Positions 40,002 through 50,579 of a stretch of DNA of 64,000 nucleotides are shown piece by piece (position 1 is the stretch's first letter; every line of letters starts with the position of its first letter). This DNA comes from Alphaproteobacteria bacterium (lineage in GTDB: Bacteria > Pseudomonadota > Alphaproteobacteria > RF32 > CAG-239). A program made the position numbers and the translations under genes. The stretch lies in NCBI GenBank assembly GCA_045611785.1, contig JAZKXV010000026.1, positions 20,382 through 84,381 of the forward strand. The letters are read 5' to 3'. Below the pieces are notes generated by a model that had not been told where the DNA came from, did not search any database, and saw nothing but the letters and a program-made list of their open reading frames with translations.

Positions 40002-40793
40002 ATGAAAAAAATTATTTATTTGTTAGGTGGTATCATTTGCTTATTTGTTTTATATTTAGCAACATTGTTTCTAATGCAAGATAAGTTGCTATTCAAGCCA
40101 GATAATAACTATATTTCGCCACAAAAAGCCAATTTAAGTGATGTTAGCGAAAATGTGTTAACTATGTCTGATGGAACAAAAATTATGACATGGATAAAAG
40201 ATGGCAATAAGAATTTACCTGCCATATTGTTTTTTCACGGAAATCGCGGACAAATTGCAGAATTTGCTCCTCAAATAATGCGTTTTAATAAAGACGGATA
40301 TGGAATTTTTTTAGCTGAATACAGGGGATATGGCAATTCAGGAGGAAAAATAAATCAAGATAAAATGTTTTCTGATGGGGCTGAAGTATATGATTGGATA
40401 AAACAGAGAGGTTATTCTAAAATCATTGTTATAGGATATTCACTTGGTTGTGCAGCATCAATCGGTTTGGCAAGCAAAAAAAATGTTGATGGATTGGCGC
40501 TAATTTCACCTTTCGCTTCGTTATCCCGATTGGTCGCAGAAAAATATCCATTTTCTAATTGGATATTAAAAGATGACTATCCATCCGAGAAAACTATCCA
40601 AAAGTTAACCGCTCCAATTATAATCATTCATGGAACAGCAGATACTTTAGTTCCAGTTCATCATGCAAAAATATTATATGAACAAAGAAAAAATAATGCA
40701 GAGTTACATTTATTGGATGAAAAAGAACATCGAGAAGTATTTTGGGCTGAAGAAACTCCAGTCTTAATCTTTAATTGGTTAAAACGCTTGTAA
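40002..40793 (+). CDS. Membrane-anchored alpha/beta hydrolase
   Basis: FFHGN.G, EYRGYG.S.G, GYSLG, IHGTADTLVP. Confidence 0.88.
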   Translation: MKKIIYLLGGIICLFVLYLATLFLMQDKLLFKPDNNYISPQKANLSDVSENVLTMSDGTKIMTWIKDGNKNLPAILFFHGNRGQIAEFAPQIMRFNKDGYGIFLAEYRGYGNSGGKINQDKMFSDGAEVYDWIKQRGYSKIIVIGYSLGCAASIGLASKKNVDGLALISPFASLSRLVAEKYPFSNWILKDDYPSEKTIQKLTAPIIIIHGTADTLVPVHHAKILYEQRKNNAELHLLDEKEHREVFWAEETPVLIFNWLKRL

Positions 40794-40989
40794 TTAAAAA
40801 AGAAACAATAAAACGGGATTCAAGCATTGCTTATTTAAACAAATATAAAATTCGTACAATAATATTCAAAACGAGTATGACAAGAAAGAGTGCAACATGC
40901 CTGAATAGCTTCAAGGAATGAGACTTTTAGAGTAAACCTAAATCTATGAGAGAAACTACAAAGTTTCTCTCTTTTTATTTTATCTTATA

Positions 40990-41444
40990 AAAGTATATGT
41001 TTCAGCATAGATGACCAACTTGCCTCATCACAAAAAAACACAATTTGTGGTGTTTTTTTGTTGTTAGACTAACTAGGAGAAACGCCATCAGGTTCGGAGT
41101 GGATAGTTGGTGAAAACAAATTATAATAATACACATAAACAAGTTATTATCGGTATAAGTGACGATTTTTTATGGAAAAGCTATATAGTTAAACGTTTGC
41201 AAACACAAAGGGTTGCGGGTTATAGTACTTATGCTGAAACAACAGCAAAAATTCGAGCTCTGTTATATGAAACTAATAGAATAGTTTTACCTCCGATACG
41301 AATTTTAGCAGCTAGCGAACATTGCTGCTATCTCACAGACCGTTTCTTGTGTTAAAGAAATGAATAAAGTATGGTGTAAGCACCTCTTTTCATATAATTT
41401 TCAGTTATAAAAAAAGAGCTATCATTGAGATAGCTCCTTTTTTT
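40990..41444 (+). ncRNA. Candidate large structured non-coding RNA
   Basis: 12-bp long-range stem 40998-41009/41230-41241 enclosing nested stems, further hairpins to a terminator at 41416-41444. Confidence 0.4.
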
Positions 41445-42321
41445 AGAATAAAGGTTCTTTAGATACCCGTGGGAGTATATAGTCCGGGGTAACTCCTTCT
41501 TTTAGTATATATTCTGACAAAGAAAGATTATCTCTATTCATTTCATACTCTGTAACACCGCCTTCTATTACCAAACATCCCTTGATACCGGCTAGTTGTG
41601 CACCTTTGATGTCAGTACGAAGTGTATCACCAATCATTAAGATTTTATCCCTTGGTACATCAGGACAGTATCTTGCAATTAATGCATTGAACACTCTCGG
41701 ATCCGGTTTTCCGTACATGATAACATGACCATTACGCTCAGCCCAAAGCTTAGCGATAGTTCCCTGACGGACAACAAATCTTCCACCTTCATTTGCTACC
41801 ATATCCGGATTAGCGCAGATTAGAGATAAACCGGTCCTAACAAGTTCTTCGACCTGAGCAGTAAAATCACTTATCTCTGTGCTGTCATACAGACAACCTT
41901 CATTGTCTAACAACTGGGGAATGCCACAGTAAATAAAATCTGCCTCATTTACATTGCTTACCAACGCATACAGCGAATTAGCAAACATTGGAGGTATCGG
42001 ATCAGGTTGCTTGAAGTTTGCCGTACCATAGACATAATAATTACGTCCTTTAAGCGGCAAATTTCCTGACAGGATATCTTCATTAGCAAATTGGCCTGAT
42101 GTCAAAAGATCGGTGTAATGAACACCTTTTATAACTCCTTTAGCACCATAACTTTTGATAGTTCCCTCATTACTATCCGTGGTATTGCTCAGAATATAAA
42201 CCTGTTTATTCTGATTAATCCAGCTTTTAAATGTTTCAATCACTGCTTTAGAAACACCTTGTCCAAAGTTGAAAACGCCATAGGCGTCAACAACAATAAC
42301 ATCATAATTGTTTATCATCAA
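41443..42321 (-). CDS. HAD-superfamily subclass IIA hydrolase (TIGR01459-like)
   Basis: VVDAYGV, LSNT, CANPD, YGKPDP, MIGDTLRTDIKGA. Confidence 0.9.
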   Translation of the reverse strand: MMINNYDVIVVDAYGVFNFGQGVSKAVIETFKSWINQNKQVYILSNTTDSNEGTIKSYGAKGVIKGVHYTDLLTSGQFANEDILSGNLPLKGRNYYVYGTANFKQPDPIPPMFANSLYALVSNVNEADFIYCGIPQLLDNEGCLYDSTEISDFTAQVEELVRTGLSLICANPDMVANEGGRFVVRQGTIAKLWAERNGHVIMYGKPDPRVFNALIARYCPDVPRDKILMIGDTLRTDIKGAQLAGIKGCLVIEGGVTEYEMNRDNLSLSEYILKEGVTPDYILPRVSKEPLF

Positions 42322-42711
42322 TTGAACCGTTCCTTACCTCCTTTCGGATCTCGAAACGATTTGTTTTAGACAACAACAAATCCCTAGGAGTTTTTACTCT
42401 TACATACTTGTTGTTTTGGTTAATATAATTATAGGAATAATGTTCATAGATTTTTGCAAATATACTATTTTTTAAATAACCAGTCAATATTTTTTATATT
42501 ATACAATATATTCATATTTTGATTTTCAAGCTGACTATCAGAATAAGTTTTACAAAATCTCTAGCTTATACATTGCATTGACAATAGTATTTTTATTGGT
42601 TATAAAAAAAGAAAACATAGAACAAAATCCAATTTTGTAACCAAAGCCTTATATCAAAGCATATAACATCGAAAGCCGAGGACTGATTACAATAAATAAA
42701 GGAATAAAATT

Positions 42712-44475
42712 GTGAATATTAAACCATTTCCGAAAACAGCTTTCAAATATTTACTTCATGAATGCATTCTGCCTTATAAATGGGTTTTTATTATCTGTAT
42801 GTTGCTGGTATTTGCTGAAACAAGCGTATCGAACTTTATAAACTGGTTGTTGGCTCAATTTGTAGAAAACATTAAATCAGGCGCAAATCTTGAAACATTA
42901 AATCAAGCATTATTTATTATAGGAACCATTGTTGTATGTAACATCATCAACATCTTTTTACCCAAACAAGTTTTAATGTATCGGCAAAAACACCTATATT
43001 TTCCCATAGAGGAAAGAATATATTCTCGTGCCCTGGAGTATATTTTCGGACACTCGATAAATTATATTATCAATAAACAAACCGGAAACCTACTTGCAAA
43101 AACCTGTCAAATTAACTCATTACAACCTACATTTTCAGTTATAATCACACAATTTTGGTGGTTAATCAGTGATATTGGCATAAAAATTTTTTTACTATCT
43201 GTTATCAATATTTGGCTTGGTATTTTATTTGTTATCTGCGCTGCAATAGTTGCTTTGGTAAATTACTATGCCAATAAGCAAAGTGATAGACTTAATCAAA
43301 TGCAAAGCAAAGCTGAAGCTTTATATTCTGGTTGGTTAGTTGATGCAATTTCAAATATTCGTTTGGTTAAACAGTTTAATCGCATAGAATATGAGAAAAA
43401 ACGCTTATCTACCCTTTTACAACAATATATAAAAATCAAAGCAAAAAACATGCTGATTTGGTTTGCTTCTTACACAAAAGTTGGATGTTTTATACATTTA
43501 TGTTCTGTTATAATGCTAACATTTTCTGTTTATTTATGGAGCAAATCCTTAATAAAAATCGGAGATATTGTCTTTGTTCTCTTAACCTTAAACAGTGGCT
43601 TTATGTGGATGATGGAATTATGTATACACTATCGCAGACTTCAAAATAGTTTGGCATATATACAATCAGGTTTAGAACCGTTTATAGAAAAGCACGAAAT
43701 TGAGGACTTACCTGATGCTAAAACACTAAAAATAAAAAAAGGCACAATAGAATTTAAAAATATCAGTTTTGCTTATTCAGAACAAAGCAGAATTTTTGAT
43801 GGTTTCAATTTAAGTATCAAAGCCAAAGAAAAAGTCGGAATTGTAGGTTTATCAGGCAACGGCAAAACAACGCTGATAAATCTTTTGCAACGAGCTTATG
43901 ATATACAAGAAGGACAAATTTTAATTGACGGACAAGATATTAAAACCGTTACTCAAACAAGTTTACATCAAAACTTGGCAATAATACCGCAAGAAACTAT
44001 ATTATTTCATCGCAGCTTAAAAGAAAACATTGGATACGGAATTAAAACAACAGATAAAAAAATAAAACAAGCGGCCAAAATTGCTTGTGCAGATGACTTT
44101 ATCAAAGCCCTGCCCGATGGTTATAATTCGATAGTTGGCGACAGAGGTTGCAAACTATCCGGTGGCGAACGCCAACGAATTGCAATTGCAAGAGCCGTCC
44201 TTAGAAACTCTCCGATATTGATTTTAGATGAAGCAACATCATCTCTTGACAGCCAATCTGAAAGTATTGTTGCCGAAGCCATCAACAACTTGCTTAGAAA
44301 CCAAACAGTTATAGCAATTGCACACCGACTTTCAACATTAAAAAAAATGGATAGAATAGTATATTTAGAACAAGGCAAAATAACAGAAGCAGGCACATTT
44401 GATGAACTGGCAAAAAAGAAAAACGGTAAATTTGCCAAGCTATGGAAAATGCAACAGTTAGAACAAGAGGATTAA
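42712..44475 (+). CDS. ABC exporter, fused TMD-NBD (half 1)
   Basis: 6 TM; GLSGNGKTT, LSGGERQR, ILDE. Confidence 0.93.
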   Translation: MNIKPFPKTAFKYLLHECILPYKWVFIICMLLVFAETSVSNFINWLLAQFVENIKSGANLETLNQALFIIGTIVVCNIINIFLPKQVLMYRQKHLYFPIEERIYSRALEYIFGHSINYIINKQTGNLLAKTCQINSLQPTFSVIITQFWWLISDIGIKIFLLSVINIWLGILFVICAAIVALVNYYANKQSDRLNQMQSKAEALYSGWLVDAISNIRLVKQFNRIEYEKKRLSTLLQQYIKIKAKNMLIWFASYTKVGCFIHLCSVIMLTFSVYLWSKSLIKIGDIVFVLLTLNSGFMWMMELCIHYRRLQNSLAYIQSGLEPFIEKHEIEDLPDAKTLKIKKGTIEFKNISFAYSEQSRIFDGFNLSIKAKEKVGIVGLSGNGKTTLINLLQRAYDIQEGQILIDGQDIKTVTQTSLHQNLAIIPQETILFHRSLKENIGYGIKTTDKKIKQAAKIACADDFIKALPDGYNSIVGDRGCKLSGGERQRIAIARAVLRNSPILILDEATSSLDSQSESIVAEAINNLLRNQTVIAIAHRLSTLKKMDRIVYLEQGKITEAGTFDELAKKKNGKFAKLWKMQQLEQED

Positions 44476-44478
44476 GCC

Positions 44479-46251
44479 ATGAAGTTATTTAAAAATATGC
44501 TTAATATACGCAAAGTTGAAGCTCATCCTCTGTTGTTTATTTGGGAAACTTTGTATGGTGTGAGAAAGTGGCTTATTATCTGTATGACTTTAGCTTTTTG
44601 CTTACAGTTAATGAAAATTTACGTTCCTGTATTTTTTTCAGATATGATTAATTATTTTGCTAAAATAACACCGCAAGAGTTTGCTTGGAGTAAAATGTGG
44701 TATTTTCTGGCTCTGATTTTTGCTTCTTATGTTGGACAGTCGGTATTTAGAATGATACGAGAATTACTTGAGGAAAATGCTGTACGTAATGTTATGGATG
44801 CAAAAATAAAATTGTTTGCAGTAGATTATTTAGCTAAACATTCGGAAAATTATTTTTCATCGCAAAAAGCCGGTCAACTGGCACAAAAAGTAACAACCTG
44901 TGCAGAGAAAGCCATTCGTGTACAAGGAATCCTTTCAAGACTCTACAGCAACTTTTTTCTTGTTATAATAAATTTCTATTTTATTGGCTGTGTCAGTTTA
45001 TGGTTTTTGTTCTTAGTGGTTATTCTCGGCTCAATTTCAGCGTTTACTTCTTATAAATCAAGTTTTAAATTGCGTGATTTAAACAAAAAAACTGACGATA
45101 TGCTTGATAATTTTAAAGGTGTTTTAGCAGATAGCATTGGTAATGCATTAAACATAAAGGCAGGAGGCTGTGAAAATTTTGAAATTTCTTTTGTGAAAAA
45201 TATTTTTAATAAATATAAACTTGCTCGTTTTGCAGCTATGAATAAATTTCAAAACAACATTCGTCTTCAGCAAACAATGGTATGCTTATTTGAAATTTGC
45301 GCAATGCTATTATTAATCAAACAATGGTATTATAGCGAAATCAGTATTGGCGAAGTAACATTAGTTTTAGTATTAATGAATTCTGTTTTATCTGCATTTT
45401 CAGCCGTTTTTAATAATTTAAGCGAATTAAACACCTGCTTGGGAGCTTTGCAGTCAGCAATGTCTCCATTCATCATTAAACACGAAATTACCGACACTCC
45501 AAATGCTAAACCGCTCAAAATTAATGGTGGTGAAATAGAATTTAAAGACGTAAAATTTAGTTATGAGAATAAAAAAGTTTTCAGTAAGCTGTCATTTAAA
45601 ATTAAGGCAGGAGAAAAAGTCGGTATTGTTGGAGCTTCCGGCAGCGGTAAATCGACACTTATCAATCTGTTACAACGCTCATATGAATTGAAAAAAGGTA
45701 ACATTTTAATAGATGGGCAAAATATTGCCGATGTTAAACAAAGCAGCCTTCATGAAGCAATTGCACTCATTCCGCAAGATACATCTTTATTCCATCGAAC
45801 GGTAAGCCAAAACATTTCCTATGGAAATCTTAAAGCTAAACAAAGTGAAATTGAGTATGCCGCAAAACAAGCTTATGCTAACGATTTTATTAAAAAATTA
45901 CCCAAGGGTTATCAAACCCAAGTAGGCGAAAAAGGTGTTAAACTTTCGGGCGGACAACGTCAACGCATAGCCATTGCTCGTGCTATTTTGAAAAACTCTC
46001 CTATATTATTGCTTGATGAAGCTACATCGGCATTAGATAGCAAATCTGAAAAATACATTCAAAAAGCCATGAACCAATTAATGAAAAACAAAACGGTAAT
46101 TGCAATTGCACATCGATTATCAACATTAAAAGAGATGGATAGAATTATTGTTTTAGATAACGGTAAAATAGTTGAGCAAGGTAAAATAGAAGAACTGCTT
46201 AAATCTGGCGGTCATTTTCAACATTTATGGGAAATACAAAATAAAAATTAA
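44479..46251 (+). CDS. ABC exporter, fused TMD-NBD (half 2; likely heterodimer with half 1)
   Basis: GASGSGKST, LSGGQRQR, LLDEATSALD. Confidence 0.93.
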   Translation: MKLFKNMLNIRKVEAHPLLFIWETLYGVRKWLIICMTLAFCLQLMKIYVPVFFSDMINYFAKITPQEFAWSKMWYFLALIFASYVGQSVFRMIRELLEENAVRNVMDAKIKLFAVDYLAKHSENYFSSQKAGQLAQKVTTCAEKAIRVQGILSRLYSNFFLVIINFYFIGCVSLWFLFLVVILGSISAFTSYKSSFKLRDLNKKTDDMLDNFKGVLADSIGNALNIKAGGCENFEISFVKNIFNKYKLARFAAMNKFQNNIRLQQTMVCLFEICAMLLLIKQWYYSEISIGEVTLVLVLMNSVLSAFSAVFNNLSELNTCLGALQSAMSPFIIKHEITDTPNAKPLKINGGEIEFKDVKFSYENKKVFSKLSFKIKAGEKVGIVGASGSGKSTLINLLQRSYELKKGNILIDGQNIADVKQSSLHEAIALIPQDTSLFHRTVSQNISYGNLKAKQSEIEYAAKQAYANDFIKKLPKGYQTQVGEKGVKLSGGQRQRIAIARAILKNSPILLLDEATSALDSKSEKYIQKAMNQLMKNKTVIAIAHRLSTLKEMDRIIVLDNGKIVEQGKIEELLKSGGHFQHLWEIQNKN

Positions 46252-46490
46252 AATTATGCAATTTAAGCAGATGCTTTGGAATAAAACAATTTGATTGCTT
46301 TAGACTAATCTGACAAACTTTTATATTGAAAATATCCGATTTTATGATATAATTTAACCCTCAAATGAATTATTATTTAGGGTTTATGTATATCTATCAT
46401 TATTTAACAGTCTAAACCAGACTTTTCACATATCGTACCTGATTAATGATTCGCCAGTGTGATTTTTATTAACTATTAATACATATCTAA

Positions 46491-47345
46491 ATGGAAAAAT
46501 TTATGGCAGCGGCTGAGGTAATAAACCAAGCCTACAATGTGGAGTCAACATTTGACGAAACAAAACATTACGATTACATGGTTGTATACGATGACGACAT
46601 CACAGCCATTCTGAAATCTATCGGTGCGTACAAGAAAGTCAAAGCTAACAACCCTGCCGCTAAATTAGTGGTAGTTGGTGGTGAAGGTCTTCTTGCTACT
46701 GCGTTTGCAGTTATGAGATTTTCACTTAAAGTTAGAGGTAAAAAATCTTATGACTTGAAAAAGGAGAGTGAAGCAGGACGTCTTAAGCGAGTTGCTATGT
46801 CACTTGGTGTCCCTGAAGATGAAATCATTGTTCTCGACAAGGGGCGTAACACAACAGAGAACTTGCAAGCAATTTCCGAGTTATGCCAGAACAAAATGGC
46901 TTTGGTTGTTTCAACTCAGAGACTAGCTATGGTCTTCCGTCAAAGTGCTGATTTTCAGTGCAATGAAGAACCGTACAAACATGGTTGCTTCCACCTTGAT
47001 TATGACATGTTCGTAATTAAGGAAACAGTTGCAGAAACTCTGCACTGGTACAATTTTCAAGCCGCCGGCAACGGTCGTGTAGCCTTGCATTTGTATGCTT
47101 CATTGGTTCGTCGTTTTGACGTTTACGACGGTAAATTCTTACGCAAACCGTTTGAAGCTGATGAAGCAACTAAGAAAGCTGATGCAATCTTGCGTAATCG
47201 CTTCTTGATTAAGCAAAGAGTTACCGGTTTTAAAAAGATTCGTGCAATGCTACAGTACTTGCCAATTGTTTGGGATATCTTCTGGCATGCAGAAGACTAC
47301 TTAAATGATGAGTTCTGTGCAATACTCGATGCCGAACACGTTTAG
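46491..47345 (+). CDS. YdcF/ElyC (DUF218)-like protein
   Basis: VVVGGEG, SEAGRLKRVAMSLGVPEDEI..LDKGRNTTENL, VVST. Confidence 0.7.
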   Translation: MEKFMAAAEVINQAYNVESTFDETKHYDYMVVYDDDITAILKSIGAYKKVKANNPAAKLVVVGGEGLLATAFAVMRFSLKVRGKKSYDLKKESEAGRLKRVAMSLGVPEDEIIVLDKGRNTTENLQAISELCQNKMALVVSTQRLAMVFRQSADFQCNEEPYKHGCFHLDYDMFVIKETVAETLHWYNFQAAGNGRVALHLYASLVRRFDVYDGKFLRKPFEADEATKKADAILRNRFLIKQRVTGFKKIRAMLQYLPIVWDIFWHAEDYLNDEFCAILDAEHV

Positions 47346-47627
47346 ACAACAAAATGCCGTGATTAATTCATGACATTAAAGATGCTGATTTTGCTCACAA
47401 TTGCAAAATAAGCATCTACCTTTCAAGCGACAGATTTCAAATCTGTCGTTTTTTTTATTTTGTATTCTAATTTAATATTGTATTTTCTTCAATTTCGTAT
47501 TATAATTAAAGGGCTTAATAATTATTAAGATATATTGTGTAGTTTTCATTGATGTGTGGTTTTACCATATATTGAAAACATTACACTTAGTAACGATACT
47601 ATGGTTAAACTTTAATATATCACTACA

Positions 47628-48881
47628 ATGAGAAAAACTATTGAGAAGGTCCTCATGGACAATGGCTATGGTTGCAATGCTACAATCAGAGAGACAGTAG
47701 CAATGGAAGTTTTAAATCAGTTCGGTTCTCTTCCTCAGCCTCACAAACTAAATTTGAAGGAATGGTCTAAAGTTATAAGCTATGCAATCGAAGTAGGCGG
47801 TTGTCAGCACGGTACAGAATTTTCGTATCAAAATGCTCAAGGAACGCTCTCTGTTGCAAAGGTTTTTGATTTGTATCAAATCCCTAAGGGCTTAGTTAAT
47901 CCTTTCCTTGTTTGCTTTTCCGGTTACATGCCGGCAGCAATCTACACTATGGAAGCTTTAAGAGCTTATCACACAAAGTTCAACGAAAAGCTTCCGGTAT
48001 TTGCCACAGGCAAAGGAGGTAATAAAGGGCTTTTTGCTAACGTATTCAACAGAGAAGCCGGTGTTATGATTAAAACAGAAGCAGAAGCATACATGCGCAT
48101 TATGTCGCAGATTGAACCTGCAGATGAAATTTGTAAATACCAACGACAGGTTGAAGATACTGATACACAAGGTAATTTTGCCGAGATGTATCAGTTAGCA
48201 AAAGCACAGAACCTTAGTGAAGTAACTTTCATTATGTGTACAGGTCAGCCTTGGTATACCAAGCGTCTCTTGGCTGAAGGAATGCTAGAGTTCGGCAAAC
48301 CGGAATACTCTGACATTAAGGTCAATTTGGTAGTTCTCGATTGCCCTTTGACACTAGACAGCTTGACACCTGAAGGTCATTTAAGCGAGTTGATGCTCGG
48401 CTACATTGCCGCATCTTTGGGTCCATTATTAAAAGACACATGTCCGCTTGATGAACCAGACTTCACAAAAGAAAGATACTTACTTCCAGGCGTAGCTGAG
48501 GCCGATTGGAGTATTTTTGAAAAGCTTATCACATTCTACTCAAACATGGGTTGGAATAACTATCAGGAGTTGCTTTATGGCGTTGACCATGAGACAGCCG
48601 TGTACAATGTCATAATGGCAGATTTACGTGCACGCGCATCGTTTACACCTGAGATGTATGAAGAGTCTATCAAACACGACATCGACAAGTATTTACGCTT
48701 CCCAAGAGCAAATCGGCAGAAGTTATTTTGCAGAAGGGTCTACCTAAAGATGAGATGTATTGAAAACCATCGTAGCCACACAAAGTACGGTGACGTTTCG
48801 TACCTGATATACAAATCCTTTCCGGAGGAGTATTGTGGTTGGGAGACAAGTGGTTGGAATGACACAGAAAATCATTTTTAG
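47628..48881 (+). CDS. Divergent DUF218-like protein
   Basis: FATGKGG, TEAEAY, EDTDTQGNF, CTGQPWYTKR match the DUF218 motif order. Confidence 0.5.
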   Translation: MRKTIEKVLMDNGYGCNATIRETVAMEVLNQFGSLPQPHKLNLKEWSKVISYAIEVGGCQHGTEFSYQNAQGTLSVAKVFDLYQIPKGLVNPFLVCFSGYMPAAIYTMEALRAYHTKFNEKLPVFATGKGGNKGLFANVFNREAGVMIKTEAEAYMRIMSQIEPADEICKYQRQVEDTDTQGNFAEMYQLAKAQNLSEVTFIMCTGQPWYTKRLLAEGMLEFGKPEYSDIKVNLVVLDCPLTLDSLTPEGHLSELMLGYIAASLGPLLKDTCPLDEPDFTKERYLLPGVAEADWSIFEKLITFYSNMGWNNYQELLYGVDHETAVYNVIMADLRARASFTPEMYEESIKHDIDKYLRFPRANRQKLFCRRVYLKMRCIENHRSHTKYGDVSYLIYKSFPEEYCGWETSGWNDTENHF

Positions 48882-48968
48882 TTGCAAACACAGTCAATAA
48901 AAAAAACAGTGCTCCGCAAGGGCACTGTTTTTTTGTTACATAAAAAGCTACCAAGTGATTGGTAGCTT

Positions 48969-49208
48969 TTAAAAATCAAACTCTTCAAGGTTAGCCAAAT
49001 CAGTAAGATTTGGGTCATCCACATTGAAGACATCTCCAGAGTACTTATCGGCCAAATAAGTCTCATTTATCACAAAACCAGCAAGAGGTAAAATATTCTT
49101 TCCGGAAATGATATAGAGAGCAGTGGCAGGATAAATACTTTCAAGCTTAACCTGTTTAGAAGTTAATACTATCTGTATTAGTTCTTCCTTTGTGTAAATC
49201 TTTTTCAT
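48969..49208 (-). CDS. Hypothetical protein (79 aa)
   Basis: SD aagg; downstream terminator. Confidence 0.6.
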   Translation of the reverse strand: MKKIYTKEELIQIVLTSKQVKLESIYPATALYIISGKNILPLAGFVINETYLADKYSGDVFNVDDPNLTDLANLEEFDF

Positions 49209-49236
49209 CGTAGTACCTTAATAATTAGTTTGTACC

Positions 49237-50526
49237 TTAAATGCTATTTGATTTTCCCCTCATTGTCAAGCGATTTTGTTCTAAAAGAGCTACTTGGACT
49301 TTTTCAGGTTCTGTATAAGATGTTCCTCTGGCATCTTGAACTTTTTTCATCATATTTTGTATGCTTATTAATAACAATGCATGATCTTTTACAGCTCTTG
49401 CTTTTCTTTTTGAAGTTTTAAGTATGCCACCACGCAAAGATACTTCATGTATAGTTCCGTCAGGAAGAGATACCGAATATCCATCTACTCCACGTTCTTC
49501 AAGCTTACTCACACAATGAGATGCCAACATATCTTTTTCGTTAACTGTAAAATAGTATCGACCATTGATGGTATGACTTTCATTTGTCATATTTGCCCCG
49601 ATACTTTCTTGCAATTTACGAGATCCTTCGTTTAATTGGTTGCACTTAACTACAACATGTTTTCCTTTATCTCCTTCAGAGAGTAAGAAATTATATAATG
49701 CACTAAGTGTTACGGCATAAATTTCACTACCACGTCCCTTACCCTGACAAGATGTATCAATAAACAACCCCGGATCTCCAACGCAAACTTGAGTAATAGG
49801 TTGTCCCTTATCATCATAATCCACAACAAATTCTGTTGCTTTAGTTGAAATTCGAGATATTCCTACAACTTGTTGCGTCTCTTTGTCAGTAATTTTAAAA
49901 TATAAAGTACCACTATCCTCATCTTCATTAGCAGAAACACCGGTTTGTACATACCTTTGCACCGGATCAAACCATAACTGCTCTTCAGGCACCTGCCCGA
50001 TTTTTGACATATCAGGTTTTAAAAATTGAATATTATAATGCCAATCATCTATAGGTATCGGAGGTTTCAAATTTTCATTTTGAATTTGTGTTAAGTCTAT
50101 ATCTTTAAGTTTTTGCAAAGCATCTTTATCATTTTCAAAGTCAACACCTAATTTAGTTTTGCATTCTTGTATAATTTGCTGTCTGTATTTTTGTGCTCTA
50201 ATTTTGCTTGCTTCAAGAAAATGCTCAAGTATTTGTTCTTGAGTGGCATCTTTTAACTGTGTATCGATTTTTTGAGAACCTGAAGCATTTGCCTTTATTT
50301 GCTCTTGTTTTGCAAGAAAAAGCTCCATATCTTTTTTAGCAATATTTCTGATATAAACTTCTAGTTTCTTTTCATTTAATAAAAGCTCTACAGTATCTTT
50401 CCAAGTCATACGCCTACTAATCTGAGCGAAGCATTTTACATCATCCTCAGCTGTAATCTTTTCCATTATAAAACGACTTGTTTCAATTTTCATATAAATC
50501 CCTTCAATAAATCCATATTTGTACAA
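49237..50526 (-). CDS. GNAT-family acetyltransferase with coiled-coil insertion
   Basis: ETSRFIMEKI start, GLFIDTSCQGKGRGSE motif A, NEGSRKLQESIG. Confidence 0.7.
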   Translation of the reverse strand: MYKYGFIEGIYMKIETSRFIMEKITAEDDVKCFAQISRRMTWKDTVELLLNEKKLEVYIRNIAKKDMELFLAKQEQIKANASGSQKIDTQLKDATQEQILEHFLEASKIRAQKYRQQIIQECKTKLGVDFENDKDALQKLKDIDLTQIQNENLKPPIPIDDWHYNIQFLKPDMSKIGQVPEEQLWFDPVQRYVQTGVSANEDEDSGTLYFKITDKETQQVVGISRISTKATEFVVDYDDKGQPITQVCVGDPGLFIDTSCQGKGRGSEIYAVTLSALYNFLLSEGDKGKHVVVKCNQLNEGSRKLQESIGANMTNESHTINGRYYFTVNEKDMLASHCVSKLEERGVDGYSVSLPDGTIHEVSLRGGILKTSKRKARAVKDHALLLISIQNMMKKVQDARGTSYTEPEKVQVALLEQNRLTMRGKSNSI

Positions 50527-50579
50527 TTATAGCACAAAAAGATATTTTGTCAACATTTATCAAAAGAAATAGAGGGGTT

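Noticed and set aside
41107-41355. 82-aa ORF from the ORF track
   Set aside because: TTG start without a clear SD, no recognisable motif, and it runs across the paired elements of the structured region; not excluded but unsupported.
40794-41442. tmRNA, RNase P RNA, group I/II intron or glycine/TPP riboswitch
   Set aside because: Hallmark sequences (tRNA-like CCA end, GAGGAAAGUCC, intron P7 or domain V, full aptamer cores) not found on either strand by eye.
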